A stretch of 20,000 nt of DNA from Chiloscyllium plagiosum (lineage: Eukaryota), in assembly GCF_004010195.1 (NCBI RefSeq), contig NC_057750.1:17837960-17857959 (forward strand), read 5' to 3'. The notes beneath the pieces are model-generated. The model saw only the letters and a program-made list of their open reading frames with translations. It ran no database searches and was not told the DNA's origin. Below, in pieces: positions 1 to 9,334 of the stretch. A program made the translations under genes and the position numbers. How positions within the stretch are numbered: position 1 is the first letter of the stretch; every line of letters begins with the position of its first letter.

Positions 1-818
1 AGAAGTGGCAGATGGAGTTTAATTTCGATAAATGCAAGGTACTGCATTTTGGGAAAGCAAATCTTAGCAGGACTTATACACTTGATGGTAAGGTGCTAGG
101 GAATGTTGCTGAATAAAGAGACCTTGGAGTGCAGGTTCATAGCTCCTTGAAAGTGGAGTCGCAGGTAGATAGGATAGTGAAGACGGCGTTTGGTATGCTT
201 TCCTTTACTGGTCAGAGTTCTGAGTACAGGAGTTGGGAGGTCATGTTGCGGCTGTACAGGTGTTTGGTTAGGCCACTGTTGGAATATTGCGTGCAATTCT
301 GGTCTCCTTCCTATCGGAAAGCTGTTGTGAAACTTGAAAGGGTTCAGAAAAGATTTACAAGGATGTTGCCAGGGTTGAAGGATTTGAGCTACAGGGAGAG
401 GCTGAACAGGTTGGGGCTATTTTCCCTGGAGCATCAGAGACTGAGGGGTGACCTTATAGAGGTTTACAAAATTGAGGGGCATGGATAGGATAAATAGACA
501 AAGTCTTTTCCCTGGGGTCAGGGAGTTCAGATCTAGAGGACGTAGGTTTAGGGTGAGAGGGGAAAGATATAAAAGAGACCTAAGGGACAACCTTTTCACA
601 CAGAGGGTGGTACGTGTATGGAATGAGCTCCAGTGGAAGTGGTGGAGGCTGGTACAATTGCAACATTTAAAAGGCATTTAGATGGGTATATGAATAGGAA
701 GGGTTTAGAGGGATATAGGCCAGGTGCTGGCAGATGGGACTAGATTGGGTGGTATATCTGGTTGGCATGGACGGGTTAGACCGAAGGGTCTGTTTCTGTG
801 CTGTACGTCTCTATGACT
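1..818 (+). mobile_element. CR1-clade LINE (HER1-like) 3' fragment, RT C-terminus and 3' UTR
   Basis: ORFs 129-488 and 472-681 give LVRPLLEYCVQFWSP, LERVQKRFTRMLPGL, RLRGDLIEVYKI and FTQRVVRVWN with frameshifts; ends in a ctctatgact tail. Confidence 0.92.
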
Positions 819-821
819 GTA

Positions 822-975
822 AGGGCAGAAGCAGCAGGTACATGGGAATGCCCACCTCCTAACCTTGCCTCCAGGACTGTCACTGTGCGGCTTGGACAAA
901 ACCACATTCATTACTTGAACTACAGAAGCTCTAAAAGAAAGCCTCCCCACCACTTTCTGTCAGGCAAGTAGGACC
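822..975 (+). mobile_element. Old 3' fragment of a second LINE family (L2/CR1-group)
   Basis: gcagcaggtacatgggaatgcccacc... resembles 3430-3610 (gacagcagatatgagaatgtcaccacc...) and the reversed tail at about 14630-14695. Confidence 0.45.
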
Positions 976-1504
976 GAGCAGTACCTGCATTCAATTAACC
1001 TTATTTAGGGGCTGCACTTGGATTATGTGAGATCGGGAAGGGAGAATGTTTGCAAGGTGAATGATGGTATTGCTGCTGTGTGGAACTCTTCCAGCTATAT
1101 GTAAAGTTCATTATTTGGGGCACTTGAGCTGTTTGTAACTTTTCTTCTCTGGATTTTGCAGTTTTCAATATCAAACTTCACTGCTGCGGGTATGTGCTGA
1201 AGGCTGACTGTTTTGTGCAGCTTCAAGTTTTTAACTTGGTTATGGTATCATTAGAAACCTGCCTCCAGTTTAAAAAAAAATCATGTATACAGAGATTTAT
1301 TGATCCAGTATGCATTGTCCTCCATCAGTGTTAACTAGCCTCTGCCAGTCCACTATGAAAGTGCTAAGCTTCGCTATTGCACTTTCTGTTGTTGCAGTGA
1401 GACTCGGGAGGTTTGTCTGCAGCTAATACATTTTATCCAGTGTATGATATAGGATTCATTATGATGCTATACTAGTTATGTTAATGAATGATGTTCCTCC
1501 TTAG

Positions 1505-1576
1505 GAGCGCTCTACGGCAGCCATGACCATCTGTGAGATTTCTCTTGCGTTGATAGACTCCTGTATTGTATGGTGG
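1505..1576 (+). CDS. TMEM87A-like: TMEM87 exon (TM segment, ERSTAAMTICEISLALIDSCIVWW); U2 acceptor and U12 donor; likely one of a mutually exclusive pair
   Basis: Preceded by gttcctccttAG (AG 1503-1504). 72 nt open in phase 0, ending TGG TGG, followed by ATATCCTTTT (U12 5' splice site). Joins in frame to IFVSL. Confidence 0.85.
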
Positions 1577-1769
1577 ATATCCTTTTTGCTCGCATTTCCT
1601 CCCATGAGGTTCTTACTAGCTTCTGATAAGTATTGTCATTCAAACACAGTATGGTGACTGGTGAAAACCTGTTCAATTATTTCTGTTCCTAAATGTGCAA
1701 TCTGATCTTCTGGCCAGAAGTGGTAATTAATCTAAGAGGTGTGATTGCCTTCTGAAACACTGTAGTAAT

Positions 1770-1930
1770 TCCCCCTGTCCCTGATGTGTCGCAGTGTTTG
1801 AAACTCAGGCTCCAGCTCATCATCTTTGAGGTAGAGTTCCTCAAGCAACCAACACTTGCTACAAATGTGATCTGTGAACTACAGTGAGACCACCATCTCC
1901 CATGTCATGCAGTTCCAATGCATCGCCTTG
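1770..1930 (-). mobile_element. CR1 ORF1 N-terminal (zinc finger/leucine zipper) remnant
   Basis: Minus-strand translation ...WEMVVSL*FTDHICSKCWLLEELYLKDDELEPEFQTLRHIRDRG resembles recalled CR1 ORF1 N-termini (CxKC followed by a heptad Leu/Glu-rich stretch). Confidence 0.6.
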
Positions 1931-2372
1931 TGTGGTATCTGAATTTTAATTACTTATTTTGATTTTCAAACATTTCATACTAGTTTTTAGTTTGTAGCCT
2001 GTAAATATTTTCCATCTTTACCTTCAGTCTGAAAGTAATTTATTATAGTCATATATAGAGCTATCACTGGCCAGTGAACTTGAGTTTACCCGTGAACTCA
2101 TCCTGTTGTGCTGGACCCCGGATCCTAGACTTCCCTTTATCCTATTGAAAGAGACCTTTGAAGCAATGAGCCAAAAAAGCCCGATCAAAACGAACCTCTC
2201 ACCCTCTGTACTGAATTCCCATGCTGCTTCCAAATCCCCCGAGCGATATACTCACCCTAGCTGTGTCTCGTTTTAGATGTGATCTGTCTTTCCTGAGCAT
2301 GATCCACCTCCATGCCTTCGACACTCCCAGGTGATCCTTCCTCTCAAGGAGGCAGGGTGGAACCAGCTGAAA

Positions 2373-2485
2373 TGTTTGGAGGAATATGAGCCAAATGCAG
2401 GCTAGTGGGATTGTGCTTTAATTTGGGAACATCATTGACATGGACTAGATGGACTAAAGGGTCTGTTTCCATGCTGTATGACTGT
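2373..2485 (+). mobile_element. Short CR1 3' UTR fragment
   Basis: ggactaaagggtctgtttccatgctgtatgact matches the tail of the 1-818 element. Confidence 0.75.
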
Positions 2486-3327
2486 AAGTGGAATCCCAGT
2501 TACACTGTAGAAACTCAAAGTGCAGGGACTTCCACAATTCACTCAATAAAGCTTTACTCAAAAGGCTAATATTTAACTTCACATCTTGGGGACGGATTGC
2601 AAAATGACTTTGTGATTGATGTGTGTGTTGGGACTGGGAATGGAGGGATGGTGTCATTGTCACATGGGAGATGATGAGATGTCAGTGTTGCACTTAGACG
2701 AGGTGTGGGTACTGTTAGTGTTGTACACTTGAGGTGAGGTGAGGTGACTGCATGACATGAGGATGAATGGAGTGCTGCAAAGGGGATTAAAGTTTCAAAT
2801 TTCTAGCAGTGGCATCTGTTCAAAAGATCTATGCAAATTGGTGAATTTTGTTTCTGTGAAATGATGAGGTGCATTTGAATTTGAGCTGGCTTCAAAGGAA
2901 ACAGGAAACAGATTAAATAAGTTGAGTGGAGAGAATGGTAGGTGAAATTTAATCAGTAATTGTAAAATGGAATAATCAGGGTTGAAGTGAACTGAATAAA
3001 TCTGCAACATCGTTGTAGTCAACAGAATGCTAATTTTTATTTTAGAGACCTTGCAGCCAAAAATGGGTCTTTTGACTGACTAGTCCTAGCTATGCTTATC
3101 CTCCACTAGAGCTAATCACTTAATTTAATCCTATCAGTGTAGCCCTAATCACTTCAACTGTACTCGACCCTAACCATATCACATGTTTTACTTAGTGTCT
3201 GGAAAAGGAAGTTAAAAACAGTTAAGTACAATAGAGGAAGTCCTATAGATCACCTTGAATATTGCATATATTTGTATTCCTCAAATGATAGCAGTAAATC
3301 ATAGAGGGGGTGTGCAAGATATTTGCA

Positions 3328-3610
3328 GCAGAGTAGCAGCAGTATGTATTATCTACAAGATGCGCTGCAGATATTCACCAGGGCTCCTTAAATAGCACCT
3401 TCCCAAAACACAACTGCTATCATCTGGAAAGGCAAGGACAGCAGATATGAGAATGTCACCACCTGCATGCCACCCTCCGACTCTCTCACCATTCCAATTT
3501 GGAAATCTGTCACCGTCCCTTCAGCATCACTGGGTCAAAATCTTGGAGCTCCCTCCCTCATGGCATTGAAGACCAGATGGGTTGTCGTAGTTCATCAGAG
3601 ACAGCTCAAA
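3328..3610 (+). mobile_element. L2/CR1-group LINE 3' fragment (second family)
   Basis: Translates to RVAAVCIIYKMRCRYSPGLLK*HLPK (LINE ORF2 C-terminus style), followed by a gggtcaaaatcttggagctccctccc 3' region. Confidence 0.6.
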
Positions 3611-3685
3611 AAAAATGAACCTAACTTCAGCTTTCAAAGAGCAAAATCTGTGACAGTACTGCAGAATGGTCTTGTGTCTTATTGG

Positions 3686-3846
3686 GGTCGGGAGTGTGGT
3701 GCTGGAAAAGCACAGCAGGTCAGGCAGCGTCCGGGGAGCGGGACAGTTGATGTTTCGGGCAAGAGCCCTTCGTTCCTTCATGCCTGTGTTTTTCCAGCAT
3801 CACACTCTCAACTCTGATCTCCGGCATCTGCAGTCCTCACTTTCTC
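3686..3846. mobile_element. Non-autonomous fold-back Penelope-like element with a perfect 15-bp TSD
   Basis: cttgtgtcttattgg at 3671-3685 and 3847-3861; internal inverted arms (gagtgtggtgctggaaaagcacag / ctgtgtttttccagcatcacactc); same family as 19316-19503. Confidence 0.8.
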
Positions 3847-4067
3847 CTTGTGTCTTATTGGCACTGACGCACAAGGTTCCAGCACAACATTGCTGAATCA
3901 GTAGTGACAGCACCAGAATTTGACAAATGCAGTGAAATATTGAGACCACTTTGCTTTCAGAATGGCTGCTCCTGAAGAGGGATGGGATTCTTGCCTGCTG
4001 TGTGCAATATGTGTTGTGTTTGCCCCAGCTTCTGTATACCCCATGTACCTTTCTGTTTGTGAGAATG

Positions 4068-4136
4068 AATCAGGATGATGAAGTGCTGCTGGCTGCCATT
4101 CCCCTTGCTCTGCTTGACTCTTCAGCCTACTGGTGA
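4068..4136 (+). pseudogene. Degenerate homologous alternative exon of TMEM87 (NQDDEVLLAAIPLALLDSSAYW*)
   Basis: Aligns without gaps to the recalled human TMEM87A segment AQTDLASLAFIPLAFLDTALCWW. The last Trp codon is TGA (4134-4136), followed by ATTTCCTG where ATATCCTT is expected. The homologous acceptor position reads TG (4066-4067); an in-frame CAG lies at 4071-4073. Confidence 0.75.
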
Positions 4137-4351
4137 ATTTCCTGTTGTTGCCTGATAGTCATGTTGAGCCTGCTAGAGAAAAAAATAATTTTGTTGGCTT
4201 TTTTCCAAAGAATTTAGTACTCTTTCTAAAAAAATCTTAAATGTCAATGCCCAAAAATGGCTTCCAGCATTAAGAATTTATCTTCTGTAAATCCAACAAT
4301 CTAACTAGAGACCTTTTTCAGACAATATTGAGTTTTTTCAAACCTTGATTT

Positions 4352-4957
4352 GAAGGCAGCCTTTATTAGTCAGTGTGTTGAGTATAGGAGTTGGGGTGTC
4401 ACGTTGCGGCTGTGCAAGACATTAGATAGGCCACTTTTGATCTCCTTGCTGTAGAGAAGATGTTAAATTTGAAAGGGTGCAGAAAAGATTTCCAAGGATG
4501 TTGCTGGGTTTGGAGGGTTTGAGCTATAGGGAGAGGCTGAACAGGCTGGGGCTGTTTTCCCTGGAGCGTTGGAGGCTGAGGAGTGACCTTATAGAGGTTT
4601 ATAAAATCATAAGGGGCATGGATAGGATAAATAGACGAAGTCTGTTCCCTGGGGTGGGGGAGTCCAGAACTAGAGGGGATAGGTTCAAAGTGAGAGGAGG
4701 AAAAATTTAAAAAGAACCTAAGGGGCAACCTTTTAACACCGAGGGTGATGCATGTATGGAGCATACTGCCAGAAAATGCTGGTACAATTAAGACATTTAA
4801 AAGGCATCTGGATGGGTGCATAAATAGGAAGGATTTGGAGGGATTAAGGGCCAAATGCTGGCAAGTAGGACTGGATTAATTTAGGATGCCTGATGGGCAT
4901 AGGCGAGTTGGACCGAAAGGTCTGTTTCTGTGATGTACAAGCTTTTGACTCAGTGAC
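4352..4957 (+). mobile_element. CR1 LINE 3' fragment
   Basis: ORF 4477-4710 QKRFPRMLLGLEGLSYRERLNRLGLFSLERWRLRSDLIEVYKI; homologous to 1-818. Confidence 0.92.
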
Positions 4958-6431
4958 TTATCGCTTCCAATTGTCAAAGATTTGAAGGGTGCCATTAAAG
5001 GGGCACATATTACTTAGTACTGTTTAAGTTATTAGCTGTTCCATCCAACAAAACTTGTATTTTCTTCATGATGTTGGGTTTCAAGCCTAGCCTTAACAGT
5101 CTGAAGCAATTTTCCATGGAAATTGTGACAAGCCACCGCAGATCAATGTGGGGTTCAGTCATATTACTCAGTTTGCAGTGGCAGCTTCAAGGCACTGCTG
5201 TTGGCTGCTAGACTGAGAAAATCCATCTTTAATCTTAAGCTTGGTATATTCAAATGATTGAACGGTAGACAGTGTATCTTGAATAAATTTTGCAGATTCA
5301 GAGATTGAAGACCAAAGCAGCTTAGGCTTCTGTTGTTTGCCATTAAGACACTTAGCCAGAATGGTGGAATGTAAAGTATTAATGTTGACTGCCCTGCAGC
5401 TAAGGCGGATAATGAGGGGAGGCAAGCAAGTTTCTCAGAGATTCGAGTGACAAGGAGATTCCGTGGGAGTCATCCCTCACCCAGGGGCTGTTCAGAGCAT
5501 TTTGTTCAACTTCTTGGTCCTTAAAAAAAAAATTAAGTCAAAATGGGTCTGAGTATTCCTTTCATTTACTTAGGGCAAACAGAAATAGTACTTAAACATT
5601 AAGACATCCAAAAGTCCAAGAAAGCACTTTCTTTGTACTCGTCCTTTTGGTATTGGTTAAACTATGTTGTGAAATATTCCCAGCAAAGAGGGCTTCGTAA
5701 AGGTCACACTGTACATTGGTGGGTGCCTTGCGTCATTTTGGCGAATCTGGGAAAAACGGTGAGATTTTTGAGTTTCACTTCGATTAACCTCACTCACTGT
5801 TCAGAAATTAGGAAGCAAGCTTTCAGAGAAACACTGCTGTGGGAAAGAGACCTGTTTGTTTATTATGCACTCCTACACCAGTCTCTCCCACCAGATCGAG
5901 CTGCAGTAATGCCACTTTATGTTAAATGCTGTGATTTACATCAATATCTAATTATGGTAAATCAGTGTTTTCAGAATAATGATTTGTGGGTCAAATGTCC
6001 CACTTTTTAGTGGAATCCCCTACACTTGCCTTTTGTTTTTTAAGATTACAGTTCAGGAATTACCACCACTTAATGTGATGGAATCTTTCCTTTACCTTTT
6101 CTCTCTCACTCCATTTATGGTCCTGGTGTTTTGAAAATAGCGTAAGTCACCAAGTTTTAAAAAAAAAAATCCTCTCAGCTTCCCGGATTCCCAGAGTAAC
6201 GAGTTCATACTTACACTGAATTGGTTTTCAACTCCGAACTTTCCAGACCTTTCCCTACAATGAGCCTTTCACAAATGAGTGCTCTTCATGAATGGATACG
6301 CCATGTTCGGTTGCGAGCTGGTTATATTCTCTTCACAAACATTTTGCTGTAACTCAGATGAGGGACCCACCCAACCAAAAAAAACGTGGAATTTCATTGA
6401 GAAAAAGATTATTTTCCTTGACCATCCACAC

Positions 6432-6540
6432 ATTTTTGTGAGCCTGTCACAGACGATGAAGCAACTGAAACTCCGCAGAAGTCTGGTGAAACTCTCGTTG
6501 TACCGACACTTCACCAATACTTTAATCTTTGCTGTTTTTG
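6432..6540 (+). CDS. TMEM87A-like: TMEM87 exon [36 protein letters not shown]
   Basis: U12 AC acceptor before 6432; donor G|gtaagt at 6541; 109 nt; strongly conserved TMEM87 motif. Confidence 0.95.
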
Positions 6541-6789
6541 GTAAGTCTTCCATTCTTACACAATATTAAATAGTGTGTGTTTGGGAGTGGTGACGAGCAA
6601 TGTTTGCAAGGTGTGAAAATAGCTTGCTTGAAATGCAGATTTCCACCTCCATGCTCTATTATCTTCAGCAGTTGTGCAGTTCTTTTAATCAATATTGGAA
6701 ATTACAGGCAACTTGGTTCTCATTATGAATCAAGCTTTGACCTAATGTTCTAGTTAGTATTTAAGAAATCGGGAGTTGTGTCTCCAAGA

Positions 6790-7550
6790 TAGCTGTCAAC
6801 ACAAAGCTAGCTGAGAGTGTATATTGTGAGGGCATGTTTTGCAAAGAGATATAAATTAGTTAGAGTTGACAACAAGGTGACAAGTGGAGGTATAATCTCG
6901 AGACCTGCAGTTATTCACTTTGGCTATAATAGTTGAAAAGCAGACTATTTTTAAAAAGCATGAAATTTCTCATTGTTGCTTAGAGACCTGAGTGTACTTT
7001 GACATGGCAGATAAAGCTACTGAGAATTTGGATGGTTATGGCATGTTTAACTTTACTGCAAGGTTCTGGACTACAAGAGCAAGGAAGCCTTGCAGCAATT
7101 ATATATGGTTTTGGTGAGACCACACGATGGATTTACTGTGTGTAGCTGTGGTCTCCAAACCTACAAATGTACTCTGCTTGAAGGCAGGGTAAGTTCACGA
7201 GGTTGATTCCTGGGACAATAAGGTTGTCTTATGATGAGAGACTAAGGGCAGTGCTGTGGAGTTTAGAAGAAAGAGGGAATTTAATTGAATCATGCAGAGT
7301 TTTTCAGGGGCTTGTTAGAGCAGACACTGATTATTTCCTCTGGGGAAACATAATCTCAAGATAAGGATCTAATATTTAGGACTGCAGTTGGAAGTTGGAG
7401 ATGGTTGTGGATGCTCTGTTGTTGAGTATATGATGGCAGAGAGAGATTTTTTGATCTGTAAAAATTAGAGATATGGGGACTGAAATTGTAGCATCAGCAG
7501 TAATTGTGTCTGGTGCAGCAGGTTGGAGAAGCCATGCAACCTATTCAAAT
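6790..7550 (+). mobile_element. Highly decayed CR1 LINE 3' part
   Basis: Degenerate equivalents of DDTKL, VIHFG, RDLGV and LVRPH...VQFWSP (ttggtgagaccacac...tgtagctgtggtctcc), and gagtttagaaga. Confidence 0.7.
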
Positions 7551-8703
7551 TCGCTTAGTTTTGCACTGCATGGCACAGATATGCATCTTAGCTTGATCCC
7601 CAATCTCTGCAAATATCAGTGATGTGACTCAATGATCTAATTTGACATTTAGTGGCCTTGGCTTGGAAGAGGCAGATTCAGCCACAGTTCCATTTCTGAA
7701 TGCCATGGAGGGATTCCAGCTGGATAGTTTGTAACCCCTATCTTGACTTTGGCTGCAATACCTGCTTGCAGGAAGATCCTTGCTAGCTCTCACCACCCTT
7801 TATTAGTTTACTCAGATGAGCCTTGTGATTGAGCTCAAAGAGGCCTGTCTTTACCCCAGAGTACTTGCATTGAGGAGAGATGATGAGCACGCCAGTTACA
7901 TTTCTCATATTCCAGCATATTATTGTGTTACTTGTGATTGTTTTAAATTGACCCCAAAGCAGTCAAATTTGGTGCACAATTTTCCCTCAAAAAGTTGTAA
8001 CCTGTGTTATGCAGAAGTTTTATAGGTTTGTGGGGTTTTAGTATTAGGACTCTCAGATAAGGTAAAAGAGTAGAATTACATCGTCAACCTGCAGTTTATA
8101 ACATATTCATACGTTGCCAGGTGAGATTCCAGACTTAAAGGCCCATTACAGCTTATTTTAGAATGGGGATTAAAATGTTGCCCCAAACCCTGTGCATACT
8201 GCAAGTTCAGCAGACTGGCTCAGAGAGAACAGAAGTCTCGTCCAAACTGTTACTCATAAATATGTTTGAGAGTAAATCCTTCTCCAACAGCATCACGGTT
8301 TTGTTTTCCGCTTGTTTACCAGGCTTCTGGTAGATTTGGAGAATGAGGCTTCATTTCTGGCAGTGTTAGCGCTCGCTCTCAGTCTTGGAGCGTAGATATC
8401 ATTGGTAGAGGGATGTAACAGATAAGCCACCTGCCCAGTAATTTGGGAAATAGTTTGTGAGCCATTGAGTCCTTGACAAGGACGCCTTGAGGATCCCAAC
8501 ATTTCGGATGGGGGTTAGAAAGGCAGAAAGTGATGTACAAGATTTGTGTGTGGGTTTTTCCTAGGGTCATTCGTGTCTTCAGAAACATTTTCAAGTCGAA
8601 ATTTTGATCTCCCATTTCTTCTTTGTCTTTTCTTTGGCTTGTTGTAAATGGAAAGTTTGCTTTAATGGTAACTGCATCACAGGTGTTTGTGTTCTTTCCT
8701 CAG

Positions 8704-8762
8704 CTTCAGTGATTTTTATTATCTGGGTGACTATGACATTCAGGTTTCCAGCCTGTCAGTTG
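8704..8762 (+). CDS. TMEM87A-like: TMEM87 exon (A)SVIFIIWVTMTFRFPACQL
   Basis: gttctttcctcAG acceptor; TTG|gtgagt donor; 59 nt, phase 1 to 0. Confidence 0.93.
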
Positions 8763-8953
8763 GTGAGTAAATATCTCGTTGCACTGTTTGTGTAGTTAGT
8801 GTCAGCTTCCCTTGTGTTTCTGACTGATTGTTCTCCAGTAAGGGCAGGAAGCCTATTTATAAGGCTCCATGAATTATTACCAGTGAATATTTGCTAATGA
8901 TGCATCAGGCCACTGCAGCCAACTTAATAAAGGATTTGCACTGCATGGCACAG

Positions 8954-9002
8954 ATTTAGCCAACAATAGAACTTCAACACCATTTAGCCAACAATAGAAC
9001 TT
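8954..9002 (+). repeat. 21-bp perfect direct repeat (atttagccaacaatagaactt) separated by 7 bp
   Basis: Copies at 8954-8974 and 8982-9002. Confidence 0.9.
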
Positions 9003-9109
9003 ATGTAATATCTTCCGGTCTGTTTTTCCTGACCCCACTGCTTTTCTGTGCAGGTATCATCAGTCCTCAGAAGGGTTTCAGTTCTACTAGTTTATCAGAC
9101 ACATTCAAT

Positions 9110-9240
9110 TGGTGGTAGAGGCTCTTCTGATCTGAACGTCATGGGTTCAAACCCACTTGATGGTTTAAACACATGATCCAAGTTGACACTTTCGAGGTGG
9201 TGCTGAAGATGATCTCTGTTTAATGGAGGTGGCGTCCACA
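9110..9240 (+). mobile_element. 5' part of a tRNA-derived Deu-domain SINE (SacSINE1-like, tentative)
   Basis: B-box-like gggttcaaaccc followed by ...caagttgacact...tgctga...ggaggtggcgtc, resembling the recalled DeuSINE consensus. Confidence 0.45.
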
Positions 9241-9334
9241 AGTTTTAAACGTTTGCAACAAAAACTTCCAGCTCGGCGAACAGAACCACAGTCAAATCCT
9301 AATCACTTTCTGTATTAAATCTAAAAAAGACCAC

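Larger units (their letters stand above)
1577..6431 (+). promoter_or_regulatory. U12-type (minor spliceosome) AT-AC intron, 4855 nt
   Basis: 5' site ATATCCTTTT at 1577-1586. Branch site TTTTCCTTGAC at 6412-6422 (branch A at 6421). Ends ...catccacAC at 6430-6431 with no polypyrimidine tract between branch site and acceptor. Removal gives in-frame WW|IFVSL. Confidence 0.92.

Noticed and set aside
129..681. ORFs with reverse-transcriptase-like sequence (also 4477-4710, 16520-16756, 17171-17398)
   Set aside because: Frameshifted, truncated CR1 LINE debris; not host genes or an intact RT system.
4134..4136. In-frame TGA as selenocysteine or readthrough
   Set aside because: Aligns to Trp (single TGG->TGA transition), not Cys, and co-occurs with damaged splice sites; decay is simpler.
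5088..5110. CCTTAAC U12 branch-like motif inside the minor intron
   Set aside because: Lacks the upstream TT of the consensus and is not followed by TMEM87-like coding sequence.
5633..6010. 125-aa ORF on the + strand
   Set aside because: Non-ATG start, no recognisable homology or splice context; probably a chance intronic ORF.
6279..6431. Upstream extension of ORF 6279-6569
   Set aside because: TMEM87 similarity starts only at 6432; the upstream part is intron containing the U12 branch site.
8954..9002. Direct repeats as a possible CRISPR-like array
   Set aside because: Only two copies with a 7-bp spacer in a vertebrate intron; simple local duplication.
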